NCBI GenBank assembly: GCA_023390175.1
Contig: JAEWDK010000008.1
Location: 263,827 to 327,826, forward strand
Source: Bacillota bacterium
GTDB taxonomy: Bacteria; Bacillota; Clostridia; Oscillospirales; Acutalibacteraceae
DNA length: 64,000 nucleotides
Direction of reading: 5' to 3'
Shown: positions 56,626 to 64,000 of the stretch, in pieces
How the letters are laid out: the number at the start of each line of letters is the position of its first letter
Numbering within the stretch: position 1 is the stretch's first letter
Notes under the pieces: model-generated
What the model was told of the DNA's origin: nothing
Database searches by the model: none
The model's input: only the letters and a program-made list of their open reading frames with translations
Position numbers and translations under genes: made by a program

Positions 56626-56651
56626 GGAAAAGGCGCGGCCGAAGCCGCGCC
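56626..56651 (-). terminator. rho-independent terminator after the 187-aa gene
   Basis: GGCGCGGC ttcg GCCGCGCC followed by TTTTCC on the minus strand, starting 5 nt after the stop codon. Confidence 0.7.
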
Positions 56652-56656
56652 TTTTA

Positions 56657-57220
56657 TTAATACTTTATATTCCGGTAATACTTATCATTCAGCAGCCGTT
56701 TTTTATTGGAACGAACTTTTGGGCGGTAACGCTTGCGGCCCGGGCCCCCCTTGGGCGGACGGCGGTTGCTGAGCACCACAATCAAAACAACAAGCACCCC
56801 AAGTATGATGCAGGCCCATGAAATAATACCGATCCACTTCATTTTCTGGTCCTGCTTCGTGTTGACAATCACCGAGCTGAGCGGGTTATCCTCCGCCACA
56901 CTGCCCACGCTCGGCAGAACGATTTCACTGGAGGACGGCTCGCCGGAAGCTGTACTTGAAATTTCACCGGAGCTGCCGGAGGACGGGTCGCTTGAAGAGC
57001 CGGAGGAATACATCCTGCTGGTAATTGATTTTCTTGAACTAGCAGCGGACGCCGTGCTCTGCACCTGGGACGACTGGGTTGCCGCATGGGCAGCGGATTC
57101 GGCCAGCGCCTTCTGCACATCCTCCGGGGTGATAACCGTGGCAAACGCAGAAACGGAACCGCATGAAAACAAAAATAGAATAATAAGTAAAAGCAGGCCT
57201 GTTTTTTCCCGTCTTTTCAT
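56657..57220 (-). CDS. hypothetical secreted, C-terminally anchored Ser-rich protein
   Basis: Signal peptide, S/A/P-rich low-complexity region, a TM and a basic tail. Its start overlaps the upstream ORF stop (ATGA). Confidence 0.55.
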   Translation of the reverse strand: MKRREKTGLLLLIILFLFSCGSVSAFATVITPEDVQKALAESAAHAATQSSQVQSTASAASSRKSITSRMYSSGSSSDPSSGSSGEISSTASGEPSSSEIVLPSVGSVAEDNPLSSVIVNTKQDQKMKWIGIISWACIILGVLVVLIVVLSNRRPPKGGPGRKRYRPKVRSNKKRLLNDKYYRNIKY

Positions 57221-57459
57221 TTTGATTCCTCCACGTTATTTTTCGTAAATACTAATACCAAATTATTATACCATGTTTTCACAGCATTGCAAGATTCCTG
57301 CCAAGTTTCGCCGGTAAATTGGTAAAGAAGCGTTTTATTGTCGCCAAAGCCGATTCGGCGCGAATTGGCGTCCACCTCCGCCATGCCGAACAGCAGGGCG
57401 AACACACACAGCGTGCCGAAAAACGACGCGAAAAAAATTCTTCTGTCTCTTCTTTTCAT
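57217..57459 (-). CDS. hypothetical small membrane protein (position of yqxA in Bacillus)
   Basis: 80 aa with one TM. Translationally coupled to the next gene and lies directly after spoIIP. Confidence 0.5.
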   Translation of the reverse strand: MKRRDRRIFFASFFGTLCVFALLFGMAEVDANSRRIGFGDNKTLLYQFTGETWQESCNAVKTWYNNLVLVFTKNNVEESK

Positions 57460-57484
57460 TCTTTTTCACTTCTTTCCTGTTCCG

Positions 57485-58582
57485 TCAGCTAAGCTGGTTC
57501 AGCGTGGCCACAAGCGCTTTCCCCACAAGCTCACCGGCATATTTCACTTCGTCAAGCGTGTTGACCTCGGTGCCAATTTCAATCAGCAGCGAGCCCTTCG
57601 TCAGATTTTCATTGTATTTGTTCGGGGAGAATTTGAGCGGCCTTGCAAGGCCGGGGTATGAGTCGGAAAGCGATTTCTGAATCCGCAGTGCAAGCCGCAG
57701 ATTATACTCCCAGTTGGGGAACCCAAGGGTTCCGTCGTCGTCGCAGCCGGAAATAATCATGACCTGCGCGGCCTTCTTTCCGTTGACCGTCACCGTCGGC
57801 TTAATCCGTGTTCCGTCGGAAGTTCCCATGGCGTCACGGTGAATGTCGAGCGTGACCTGAAGTCCGGGGTATTTTTTTAAATTGTTCTGTATGGTTACCT
57901 TTGAACGGTCATAGGAGCCGTTGTACATCGGGTAATCGTGCACAGTCAGGTCATGAACGGTATTGATTCCGCCTGACTGAAGCTGCGCCGCAATTTGGTC
58001 GCCCACTGCGACCACACTCCTGCTGAGGTCCTGTGTACGGTTGTCATCACCGAAAAACGCCTCGGTGGTATGTGTGTGATAAATCAGCACCTGCGGGGTG
58101 GAGTTCTTCTTGATTTTCACCGCCGGCTGCTTTGCAAGCTCGGCGGCAATGTCAAGCCCGTGACTTTTATTGTAATTTTTTACCCAAATATTGTTATATT
58201 GCGTCCCGGTGTTCGCAATCGCAATTTCCTGAATCTTTCCGGGAAGGGTTACCGCACTGTTTGTTGTACCGGGACCCGTACTCGAAACGGAAGCTGAAGC
58301 CGCACCGGAACCGGGCGTGCTTTGCCCCTGCGGCGCGCCCGACGAAGCCTGACTGGGAGCGGCGGACGATACGGCCCCCGGCTGTGAGTTGTCTTCCTCC
58401 TCTTCCTCCCAATAATCGGATTTTATCGCCTCTGCAGCGCCGCCCGGCATTATAAAGCCCGCGGCGGCCATCGCGGTGTTCTGCGCCGCAATGGCCGGCA
58501 GGCGGCCGGCCACACACGCGACTGCCACCACAGCCAGTACGGCGGAACAGAATCCCGCCGCCTTTTGTGCCCATCGTTTCAT
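57485..58582 (-). CDS. spoIIP: stage II sporulation protein P
   Basis: Signature VLIYHTHTTEAF and LDIHRDA. Start moved to ATG 58582 (GGGGG RBS). Confidence 0.85.
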   Translation of the reverse strand: MKRWAQKAAGFCSAVLAVVAVACVAGRLPAIAAQNTAMAAAGFIMPGGAAEAIKSDYWEEEEEDNSQPGAVSSAAPSQASSGAPQGQSTPGSGAASASVSSTGPGTTNSAVTLPGKIQEIAIANTGTQYNNIWVKNYNKSHGLDIAAELAKQPAVKIKKNSTPQVLIYHTHTTEAFFGDDNRTQDLSRSVVAVGDQIAAQLQSGGINTVHDLTVHDYPMYNGSYDRSKVTIQNNLKKYPGLQVTLDIHRDAMGTSDGTRIKPTVTVNGKKAAQVMIISGCDDDGTLGFPNWEYNLRLALRIQKSLSDSYPGLARPLKFSPNKYNENLTKGSLLIEIGTEVNTLDEVKYAGELVGKALVATLNQLS

Positions 58583-58746
58583 ATCTGCCCCCATCAAATG
58601 ATACTCATAAAGTCAGTTACGGCCAAAAGCAAATGCTCCAAGCAGGAAGGGTTTGGCCAACAACTGACTCCGCCGCGCAAACGCACGGCAAATAATATAA
58701 CAGCCTGTATGAAATTTTATGCGGGCAAGCTCGTTTTCATGATACT

Positions 58747-59583
58747 TCACGTCAATTCTTCAAACTCTTCCAGTGAAAGGCCGGGGTTGAGCGCCAAATT
58801 GATTCCCATTGCCACAAGCCGCGCCCCGCGGGAAATAATCAGGTCAATCTCCCTTGGGGTAACCATCATAACGGCTCCGCGGGGTTCCACCTTTTCCATT
58901 GCATCCTGTAATTCGCCGCCCAGCAGGTCGGCCGCAAGCGTGGCAGCGTCAACCACGGTCGGAATGCCCATGGCAATGACCGGTACGCCGAGCGTGCTTT
59001 CATCAATCTGCGGCCGGGCATTTCCGACCCCCGCGCCGGGTGATATTCCGGCGGAGCAAAGCTGAATCGTGCACCCCAGCCGTGCGGGGCTGCGCGCAGC
59101 CAGCGCGTCAACGGCGATTACGGCGGCGGGCTTGATTTTCTGCACGAGCGCCTTGATCAGCTCAACGGCCTCAATTCCGGTGCAGCCCAGCACCCCGGGG
59201 CTGACCACCGCAACGGGGCGAAGGTTTTCCAGCCCCGTAACACGCGCGACCTCGCCCGTAATGTGCCGCGTCGCCATTACTTTTTCCGCGGCGAGCGGGC
59301 CGATTGCGTCCGGCGTGATGGCGCGGTTCCCAAGCCCCGCCACAAGCACGGCGCCGCTTTTCGGCAGAAGTGACGTCAGCTCCTCCACAATCAGCTTTAA
59401 CACCCCGTGGCTGCTGTCCAAATGGTCTGAAATCGATTTTACCTCAAGCGTAATAAACGAATTCCCGTTTTCATCAATGTGGGTAACGACACAGCCGTCT
59501 TCCTCCCGCCTTACCTGTTTGCCCGGCTCGGTGCTTTCCAGCGCCAAATCAGTACGAAATATCAAAGAATCAACCCCAATCAT
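58747..59583 (-). CDS. gpr: GPR endopeptidase (germination protease)
   Basis: N-terminus ...RTDLALE, GPR-like core, and the position between rpsT and spoIIP as in Bacillus. Confidence 0.8.
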   Translation of the reverse strand: MIGVDSLIFRTDLALESTEPGKQVRREEDGCVVTHIDENGNSFITLEVKSISDHLDSSHGVLKLIVEELTSLLPKSGAVLVAGLGNRAITPDAIGPLAAEKVMATRHITGEVARVTGLENLRPVAVVSPGVLGCTGIEAVELIKALVQKIKPAAVIAVDALAARSPARLGCTIQLCSAGISPGAGVGNARPQIDESTLGVPVIAMGIPTVVDAATLAADLLGGELQDAMEKVEPRGAVMMVTPREIDLIISRGARLVAMGINLALNPGLSLEEFEELT

Positions 59584-59600
59584 ATTTTTTTGAAAATTAC

Positions 59601-59629
59601 TTGCAATTTTGGCTTGCAGATGATATTAT
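59601..59629 (+). promoter_or_regulatory. sigma-A-type promoter for rpsT
   Basis: TTGCAA - 17 nt - TATTAT, 35 nt upstream of the rpsT ATG. Confidence 0.55.
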
Positions 59630-59664
59630 TATTGATACGTGACAATATCAAAGGAGGTGTAATT

Positions 59665-59928
59665 ATGCCAAACATTAAATCAGCAAAAAAGCGCGTAAAA
59701 GTTATTGCAGCGAAATCTCTGATTAACAAGTCCATTCACTCCGGACTCAAAACAGATATAAAGAAGGCAAGCCTTGCCGTTGAAAGCGGAGACGCAAACA
59801 AAGCGGAAGCTGTTAAGGTTGCAATCAAGAGAATTGATCAGGCTGCCGCAAAGGGAATTCTGCACAAGAATACCGCCGCCAGAAAAAAATCCTCCCTTGT
59901 ACGCAAGCTGAACGCAGCAAATTTATAA
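59665..59928 (+). CDS. rpsT: 30S ribosomal protein S20
   Basis: [13 protein letters not shown]... with AAAGGAGG RBS. 87 aa. Confidence 0.95.
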   Translation: MPNIKSAKKRVKVIAAKSLINKSIHSGLKTDIKKASLAVESGDANKAEAVKVAIKRIDQAAAKGILHKNTAARKKSSLVRKLNAANL

Positions 59929-60234
59929 ATTTCATACAGGCCCGTGCTCACCGCAATGGATGCATGCTTTATGCCTGCATGAAATTTTGGCCATGTGCGC
60001 GGCTGCCGCTTGTGTGCAAAAGCGTATGGCTTCTCTCTCTTTATTGCTGTACAAGCAGGAATAATCATATGCGGTTTAAAAGCAAAAGCAGAGCCTTGTG
60101 CCCTGCTTTTTTACTTTTCATCGGATTTTTCCGGAGCAGTCCGGCTGTTAAAATATTTACGGTGATTGACTTTTTCGCAATTATTGGTTATCATAGAGTA
60201 TAATATCTCATATTGAAAAGCGGAGGTGCTCGTT

Positions 60235-60387
60235 TTGAAGAAGTACAATACATTATCCATACTGATTTCGGTTGTTTCCGCGGTTATTGCTGTGTCTGCT
60301 GCCGTCGTTGCCGTTGTTCTCTTTTTTGAAAAGAAAAAGAAGGATGAAGAGGAACTTGAGCACTACCTCGATTGTTCCATTCAGTAA
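60235..60387 (+). CDS. 50-aa single-TM peptide, hypothetical (below the ORF-track cutoff)
   Basis: TTG start 8 nt after GCGGAGGTG. Product MKKYNTLSILISVVSAVIAVSAAVVAVVLFFEKKKKDEEELEHYLDCSIQ. Followed by a terminator. Confidence 0.45.
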   Translation: MKKYNTLSILISVVSAVIAVSAAVVAVVLFFEKKKKDEEELEHYLDCSIQ

Positions 60388-60413
60388 GGAAAACCGGTAG
60401 GCGCATAATGGTG

Positions 60414-60444
60414 CGGGCAGGTATTAACCTGCCCGTTTTCTTTT
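60414..60444 (+). terminator. rho-independent terminator after the 50-aa ORF
   Basis: CGGGCAGG tattaa CCTGCCCG followed by TTTTCTTTTG. Confidence 0.75.
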
Positions 60445-60521
60445 GCTTATCTTCTTATGTCCGCTGGAGCAATGCCGCACAAAATGAGCATCGCCGTATT
60501 TGCGTGATGATTTTTGGGTAA

Positions 60522-60557
60522 GACAAGGACAAAAGCACAGGAATCCTACCGGATTCC
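60522..60557 (-). terminator. possible terminator after spoVAE
   Basis: GGAATCC ggta GGATTCC followed by TGTGCTTTTGTCC on the minus strand. Confidence 0.4.
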
Positions 60558-60627
60558 GAGCATTGGGGACGAAGTATCTGCACAAAAATCAGCGCAAGGC
60601 GGTGTGTGTGAATTGTGCGGTGTTGCT

Positions 60628-60984
60628 CTAGCTTTTGTCCCCGGATTTGGAAACCAGCGCCGCAAGATACCCGAAAAATACCGCGGCCGCAATTCCCGCC
60701 GCGCTTGCCGCGACCCCGCCGGAAAACGCCCCAAGCAGCCCGCGCTGCTGCACCGCTTCCATTGTGCCCTTTGCCATCAGGTAGCCGAACCCTGTCAGCG
60801 GCACTGTGGCGCCGGCACCTGCGAATTTCACCAGCGGCTCGTACACCCCCAGCCCTGTCAGCACAACGCCCAGTGTGACGAAAAGCACCAAAATGCGCGC
60901 CGGCGTCATTTTTGTAAAGTCAATCAGCACCTGGCCGACTACACAAATCGCGCCGCCGACCACAAACGCCCATAGATAATCCAC
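60628..60984 (-). CDS. spoVAE: stage V sporulation protein AE
   Basis: (M)DYLWAFVVGGAICVVGQVLIDFTKMTPARILV...YEPLVKFAGAGATVP matches SpoVAE throughout. Start placed at GTG 60984 after GAGGTGA. The longer ORF is antisense to the HAD gene. Confidence 0.8.
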   Translation of the reverse strand: MDYLWAFVVGGAICVVGQVLIDFTKMTPARILVLFVTLGVVLTGLGVYEPLVKFAGAGATVPLTGFGYLMAKGTMEAVQQRGLLGAFSGGVAASAAGIAAAVFFGYLAALVSKSGDKS

Positions 60985-61047
60985 GTCTTTCACCTCGGTT
61001 TTAGTTTCGCCGGAAATGGGAAAGATATACATTATGAGGAGTTTCAC

Positions 61048-61839
61048 ATGAATAAAAAAACCATATTCTTCGATATTGACGGAACCCTTTTGGGCACAAA
61101 GGGCAGCGAACATTTTTACATTCCGCCCAATAACCTGAAAGCGCTTGAACTTCTCAAGAAAAACGGCCACCGTATCGCAATCTGCTCCGGCAGGCAGGAG
61201 TCTTTTATTCATAAGCTTTTCCCCGACTGCTTCACAAGCTATGTGGCTATGAACGGCACGCACGTTGTTTTTAACGGCGAAACTATATATGACTTCATGT
61301 TTTCCACTGAGAGAGTTACGGAACTGATTTCATATTTCGACGCTTTCGGATGCAGTTACGCCTTTGTTGGAAAGGACCGGGGATGGAGCCGCAATATTCC
61401 GGAAAGTTACCTTGAGGAATTGAATGCCCTTTACGGCTTCGATGATTTTTTACAGGCGAAATGGAAGCCGGAGGAAGTGCGGGCAAACATGATGGATTTT
61501 ATTTTCCGTGATGAAGCGGATTACCTGCGCTGCCGCGGCGCTTTTACCGAATCGATGACTTTGAACCGCCACCCCGGCAACGTTTCCGCCGACCTGAGCT
61601 TTGAAGGAGCCGACAAAGCAAACGGAATCCGGTTTTTGCTGGAACATACCGGGATTGACAAAGCCGACACCATCGCATTCGGCGACGGCTATAACGATAT
61701 TACCATGATGGGCGCGGTGGGCTTTGGAATTGCCATGGGAAACGCGGTCAGCGAAGTTAAGCAGGCTGCGGATTATGTGACCGATTCCATCTTTGAGGAC
61801 GGCATTTACAAGGCGCTGAAGCATTTTGAACTGATCTGA
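61048..61839 (+). CDS. Cof-type HAD-IIB family hydrolase
   Basis: Motif I FFDIDGTLLG and motif IV GDGYNDITMM. GAGGAG RBS. Confidence 0.85.
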   Translation: MNKKTIFFDIDGTLLGTKGSEHFYIPPNNLKALELLKKNGHRIAICSGRQESFIHKLFPDCFTSYVAMNGTHVVFNGETIYDFMFSTERVTELISYFDAFGCSYAFVGKDRGWSRNIPESYLEELNALYGFDDFLQAKWKPEEVRANMMDFIFRDEADYLRCRGAFTESMTLNRHPGNVSADLSFEGADKANGIRFLLEHTGIDKADTIAFGDGYNDITMMGAVGFGIAMGNAVSEVKQAADYVTDSIFEDGIYKALKHFELI

Positions 61840-61853
61840 ATCCATACGGAAAA

Positions 61854-61880
61854 GGGGTGGCCGAACGGCCGCCCCTTTTC
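61854..61880 (+). terminator. rho-independent terminator after the HAD hydrolase gene
   Basis: GGGGTGGCC gaac GGCCGCCCC followed by TTTTCGTTT. Confidence 0.75.
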
Positions 61881-61917
61881 GTTTGCATATAAGCCGGCTT
61901 GCTAACGGAAGCCGGTT

Positions 61918-62757
61918 CTATTTTTCCTGAACAAAAGTGCCGTTGCGAATTTCCTCAAAAGCCTGCTGCAGCTCCCGCTCGGTGTTCATTACAATCGGCC
62001 CGCCCCACGCGACGGGCTCCTTCAGCGGCCGCCCGGAAAGCAGCAGGAACCGGACGCCCTGTTCCCCCGCTTCGGCAAGGAACGTGTCGCCGGGATGAAA
62101 CAGCAAAGCTCTTTTGCTGCCGTGCGGTGTTTCGTCGCCGAACCGGCCTTCTCCCGCAACAATGTAAACAAACAGCGTTGCATCCGGGTCCGTTTCCACG
62201 CTCCAGTGCGCCCCCGCCCGCATGTCCACATCAAGGAACTGCACCTTCACATAGTCGCCTTGAACCGCTCCGTCAACTCCCTTGTACCGGCCGGAAATGA
62301 CCCCGGTTGTGCAGCCGTCCTTCGTGACCTTCGGAACATCGTTCGCGCGGATGTCGCGGTACTGCGGCTGTGTCATTTTATCCTTGCGCGGCAGGTTGAG
62401 CCAAAGCTGAACCCCCAGCATTCTTGGCGACGCTTTGGGCATTTCCTGATGAATAATGCCGCCGCCCGCCGTCATCCACTGGCAGCAGCCATCTAAAATG
62501 CTGCCTCGGTTGCCAAGGCTGTCCCCGTGTTCAATGTCCCCGTGAATCAGGTAGGTAACCGTTTCGATTCCCCTGTGCGGGTGCCACGGAAAGCCCTTGG
62601 TATAATCCGCGGGGTCAACGGAGTCAAAAGCGTCCAACATTAAAAACGGGTCAAATTCCTTTACGTCCGCCTGGCCGATTACCCTGACCAGCTTTACCCC
62701 CGCACCGTCAAACTGGGTTGCGCCGCCAACTGTTTTGCTGACTGTTCTTACTGCCAT
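61918..62757 (-). CDS. pirin-family (bicupin) protein
   Basis: HPHRGIETVTYLIHGDIEHGDS motif. 279 aa. Confidence 0.85.
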   Translation of the reverse strand: MAVRTVSKTVGGATQFDGAGVKLVRVIGQADVKEFDPFLMLDAFDSVDPADYTKGFPWHPHRGIETVTYLIHGDIEHGDSLGNRGSILDGCCQWMTAGGGIIHQEMPKASPRMLGVQLWLNLPRKDKMTQPQYRDIRANDVPKVTKDGCTTGVISGRYKGVDGAVQGDYVKVQFLDVDMRAGAHWSVETDPDATLFVYIVAGEGRFGDETPHGSKRALLFHPGDTFLAEAGEQGVRFLLLSGRPLKEPVAWGGPIVMNTERELQQAFEEIRNGTFVQEK

Positions 62758-62795
62758 TATTTAAGCCCCTTTCGTTGTATCAGTCCTGAATTGTA

Positions 62796-63557
62796 TTATT
62801 CCGAAAAAACATAGGACGTCATGGACAAGCTTCCCAGCGTACAGGAATCATTATATACGCTGACCCCGTCGTTTGGGTTTACCGCCCCAAGCACATACAG
62901 AAGCGGGTCAAAGTGCTCCTGTGTCGGGAAGGCAAGCCGAGCGCTTTCGCCCGCTTTTTTGTAGTCGATTACGCCGCTGTAGTCCCGCGCCTCAATCCTG
63001 CCGCGAATATACGCATCGAATTCTTCGGCCCAGTCGTAGCCGCCCGCCGCTGAAAAATCCACATACCGCAGGTTGTGCACCACATTCCCGCTGCCAAGAA
63101 TCAGAACGTTTTCAGCCCGGAGCGATTTTAATTTTTCCCCGGTTTCGTAAAGCTCCTGCAGTGTCATCCGCCGGTCAATGCCCATTTGGCACACCGGAAT
63201 ATCCGCGCCGGGATACATCCGCTTCAGCACGCTCCATGTGCCGTGGTCAAGCCCCCAGGAATTGTCTTCCATGGAGTTATCCAAAAGCCCGAGAACCTTG
63301 TTTGCCAGCGCCGGCGCACCGGGCGCAGGGTATTCCATATCATATAGCTCTTTCGGAAATCCGTAAAAATCATGAATCGTTTTTGGCTTATCCGCCGTTT
63401 GCAGCCGGGTGCCTTCCGTGTACCAATGGGCGGAAATCGCCAAAATCGCTTCCGGCTTGGGGATTGACTCGGAAATTTTCTGCCATCCTTCGGTATAAAT
63501 ATTTTCTTCCACCACGTTCATTGGGGAACCGTGCCCCACGAAAACTACAGGCATCAT
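62796..63557 (-). CDS. class III extradiol dioxygenase, LigB/YgiD (4,5-DOPA dioxygenase) family
   Basis: N-terminus VFVGHGSPMN, ...ISAHW..., ...GSGNVVHNL. 253 aa. Confidence 0.8.
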   Translation of the reverse strand: MMPVVFVGHGSPMNVVEENIYTEGWQKISESIPKPEAILAISAHWYTEGTRLQTADKPKTIHDFYGFPKELYDMEYPAPGAPALANKVLGLLDNSMEDNSWGLDHGTWSVLKRMYPGADIPVCQMGIDRRMTLQELYETGEKLKSLRAENVLILGSGNVVHNLRYVDFSAAGGYDWAEEFDAYIRGRIEARDYSGVIDYKKAGESARLAFPTQEHFDPLLYVLGAVNPNDGVSVYNDSCTLGSLSMTSYVFSE

Positions 63558-63661
63558 AAAACAGCCCTCCTGTCAAATATTTGTATTTTTCTTCATTATA
63601 GCACAAATCGGAAAAACCCAATACTTTTTTTAACGTCAGGGTATGGTATTTTGCCGTAATG

Positions 63662-63703
63662 AAAAAAACGCAAAAGGGGCGGCAAATCATGATTTGCCGC
63701 CCC
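63662..63703 (-). terminator. rho-independent terminator after asnB
   Basis: GGGGCGGCAAATC at GATTTGCCGCCCC followed by TTTTGCGTTTTTTT on the minus strand. Confidence 0.85.
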
Positions 63704-63717
63704 AAATTAAGATATTT

Positions 63718-64000
63718 TTATTTCATGTCCGGCAGGTCGCCCGGTTCGTGCGAGCCGCCGTTAAAATAGATATCGTACCAAATGAGGAATACAAAAATCG
63801 TCCAGATTTTGCGGTTGTTGTCGCGCTTTCCGTTGAAATGATCGTCCAAAAAGCCCATCAGCACATCCGTGTTGAAGAACTGCTTTGCCGTGTCGCTTGT
63901 GAACGCGTCTTTCACGATCGTATAATATTTCTTATCCTTAAGCCATACTCTTGTAGGCACGGGGAACCCGAGCTTCTTCTTCTGCGCCGTGGCAGCCGGC
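63718..64000 (-). CDS. asnB: asparagine synthase (glutamine-hydrolysing), C-terminal fragment. The gene continues beyond the window.
   Basis: ...KKKLGFPVPTRVWLKD...NRKIWTIFVFLIWYDIY is the typical AsnB C-terminus. The frame is open to the window edge. Confidence 0.7.
   Translation of the reverse strand, partial: PAATAQKKKLGFPVPTRVWLKDKKYYTIVKDAFTSDTAKQFFNTDVLMGFLDDHFNGKRDNNRKIWTIFVFLIWYDIYFNGGSHEPGDLPDMK

Noticed and set aside
60985-61263. N-terminal extensions given by the ORF track: spoVAE to 61263, the transglutaminase-like gene to 53563, EF-G to 29328, hrcA to 51941, lysS to 17389, greA to 17954
   Set aside because: The extensions overlap neighbouring genes or regulatory sites (HAD gene, hemW, CIRCE) and lack an RBS. 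Internal starts have good Shine-Dalgarno sequences and give canonical N-termini.

Overview
This 64 kb window looks like a moderately GC-rich, endospore-forming Firmicute of Clostridia type. That is an inference from gpr, spoIIP, spoVAE, the DUF4830, DUF4358 and GGGtGRT genes, and Bacillus-like synteny rpsT/gpr-spoIIP-lepA-hemW-hrcA-grpE-dnaK-dnaJ. Most of it is tightly packed housekeeping core genome, largely on the minus strand. It includes a CssRS-like two-component system with htrA, leuCD-type dehydratase genes, greA-lysS, ftsEX with M23 and S41 peptidases, fba, secA, a SigV/RsiV-like ECF pair and the CIRCE-controlled dnaK operon. I saw no rRNA, tRNA or CRISPR array. The one clear accessory region is a visibly AT-rich element of about 7.8 kb (~7994-15795) just downstream of lysS. 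It carries a Tn916-family integrase and excisionase, an FtsK-like translocase, an HUH Rep and two cargo genes. I read the cargo as a BcgI-like (type IIB/IIG) restriction-modification enzyme with a half-size specificity subunit. This is my best candidate for an unusual system, but it is not a demonstrably new class. Other points worth a second look: a 1073-aa membrane protein whose C-terminal half is a P-type ATPase with every catalytic motif degenerate; a stand-alone phage-type lysis cassette (GH25-LysM lysin, XhlA-like, holin-like) between dnaJ and secA; a 220-bp MITE-like insertion between dnaK and dnaJ; and a ~42-nt palindromic promoter block present twice, upstream of ogg and lepA. All family assignments come from motif recognition by eye, and no database search was possible. 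Several ORF starts were moved to internal start codons with better Shine-Dalgarno sequences.
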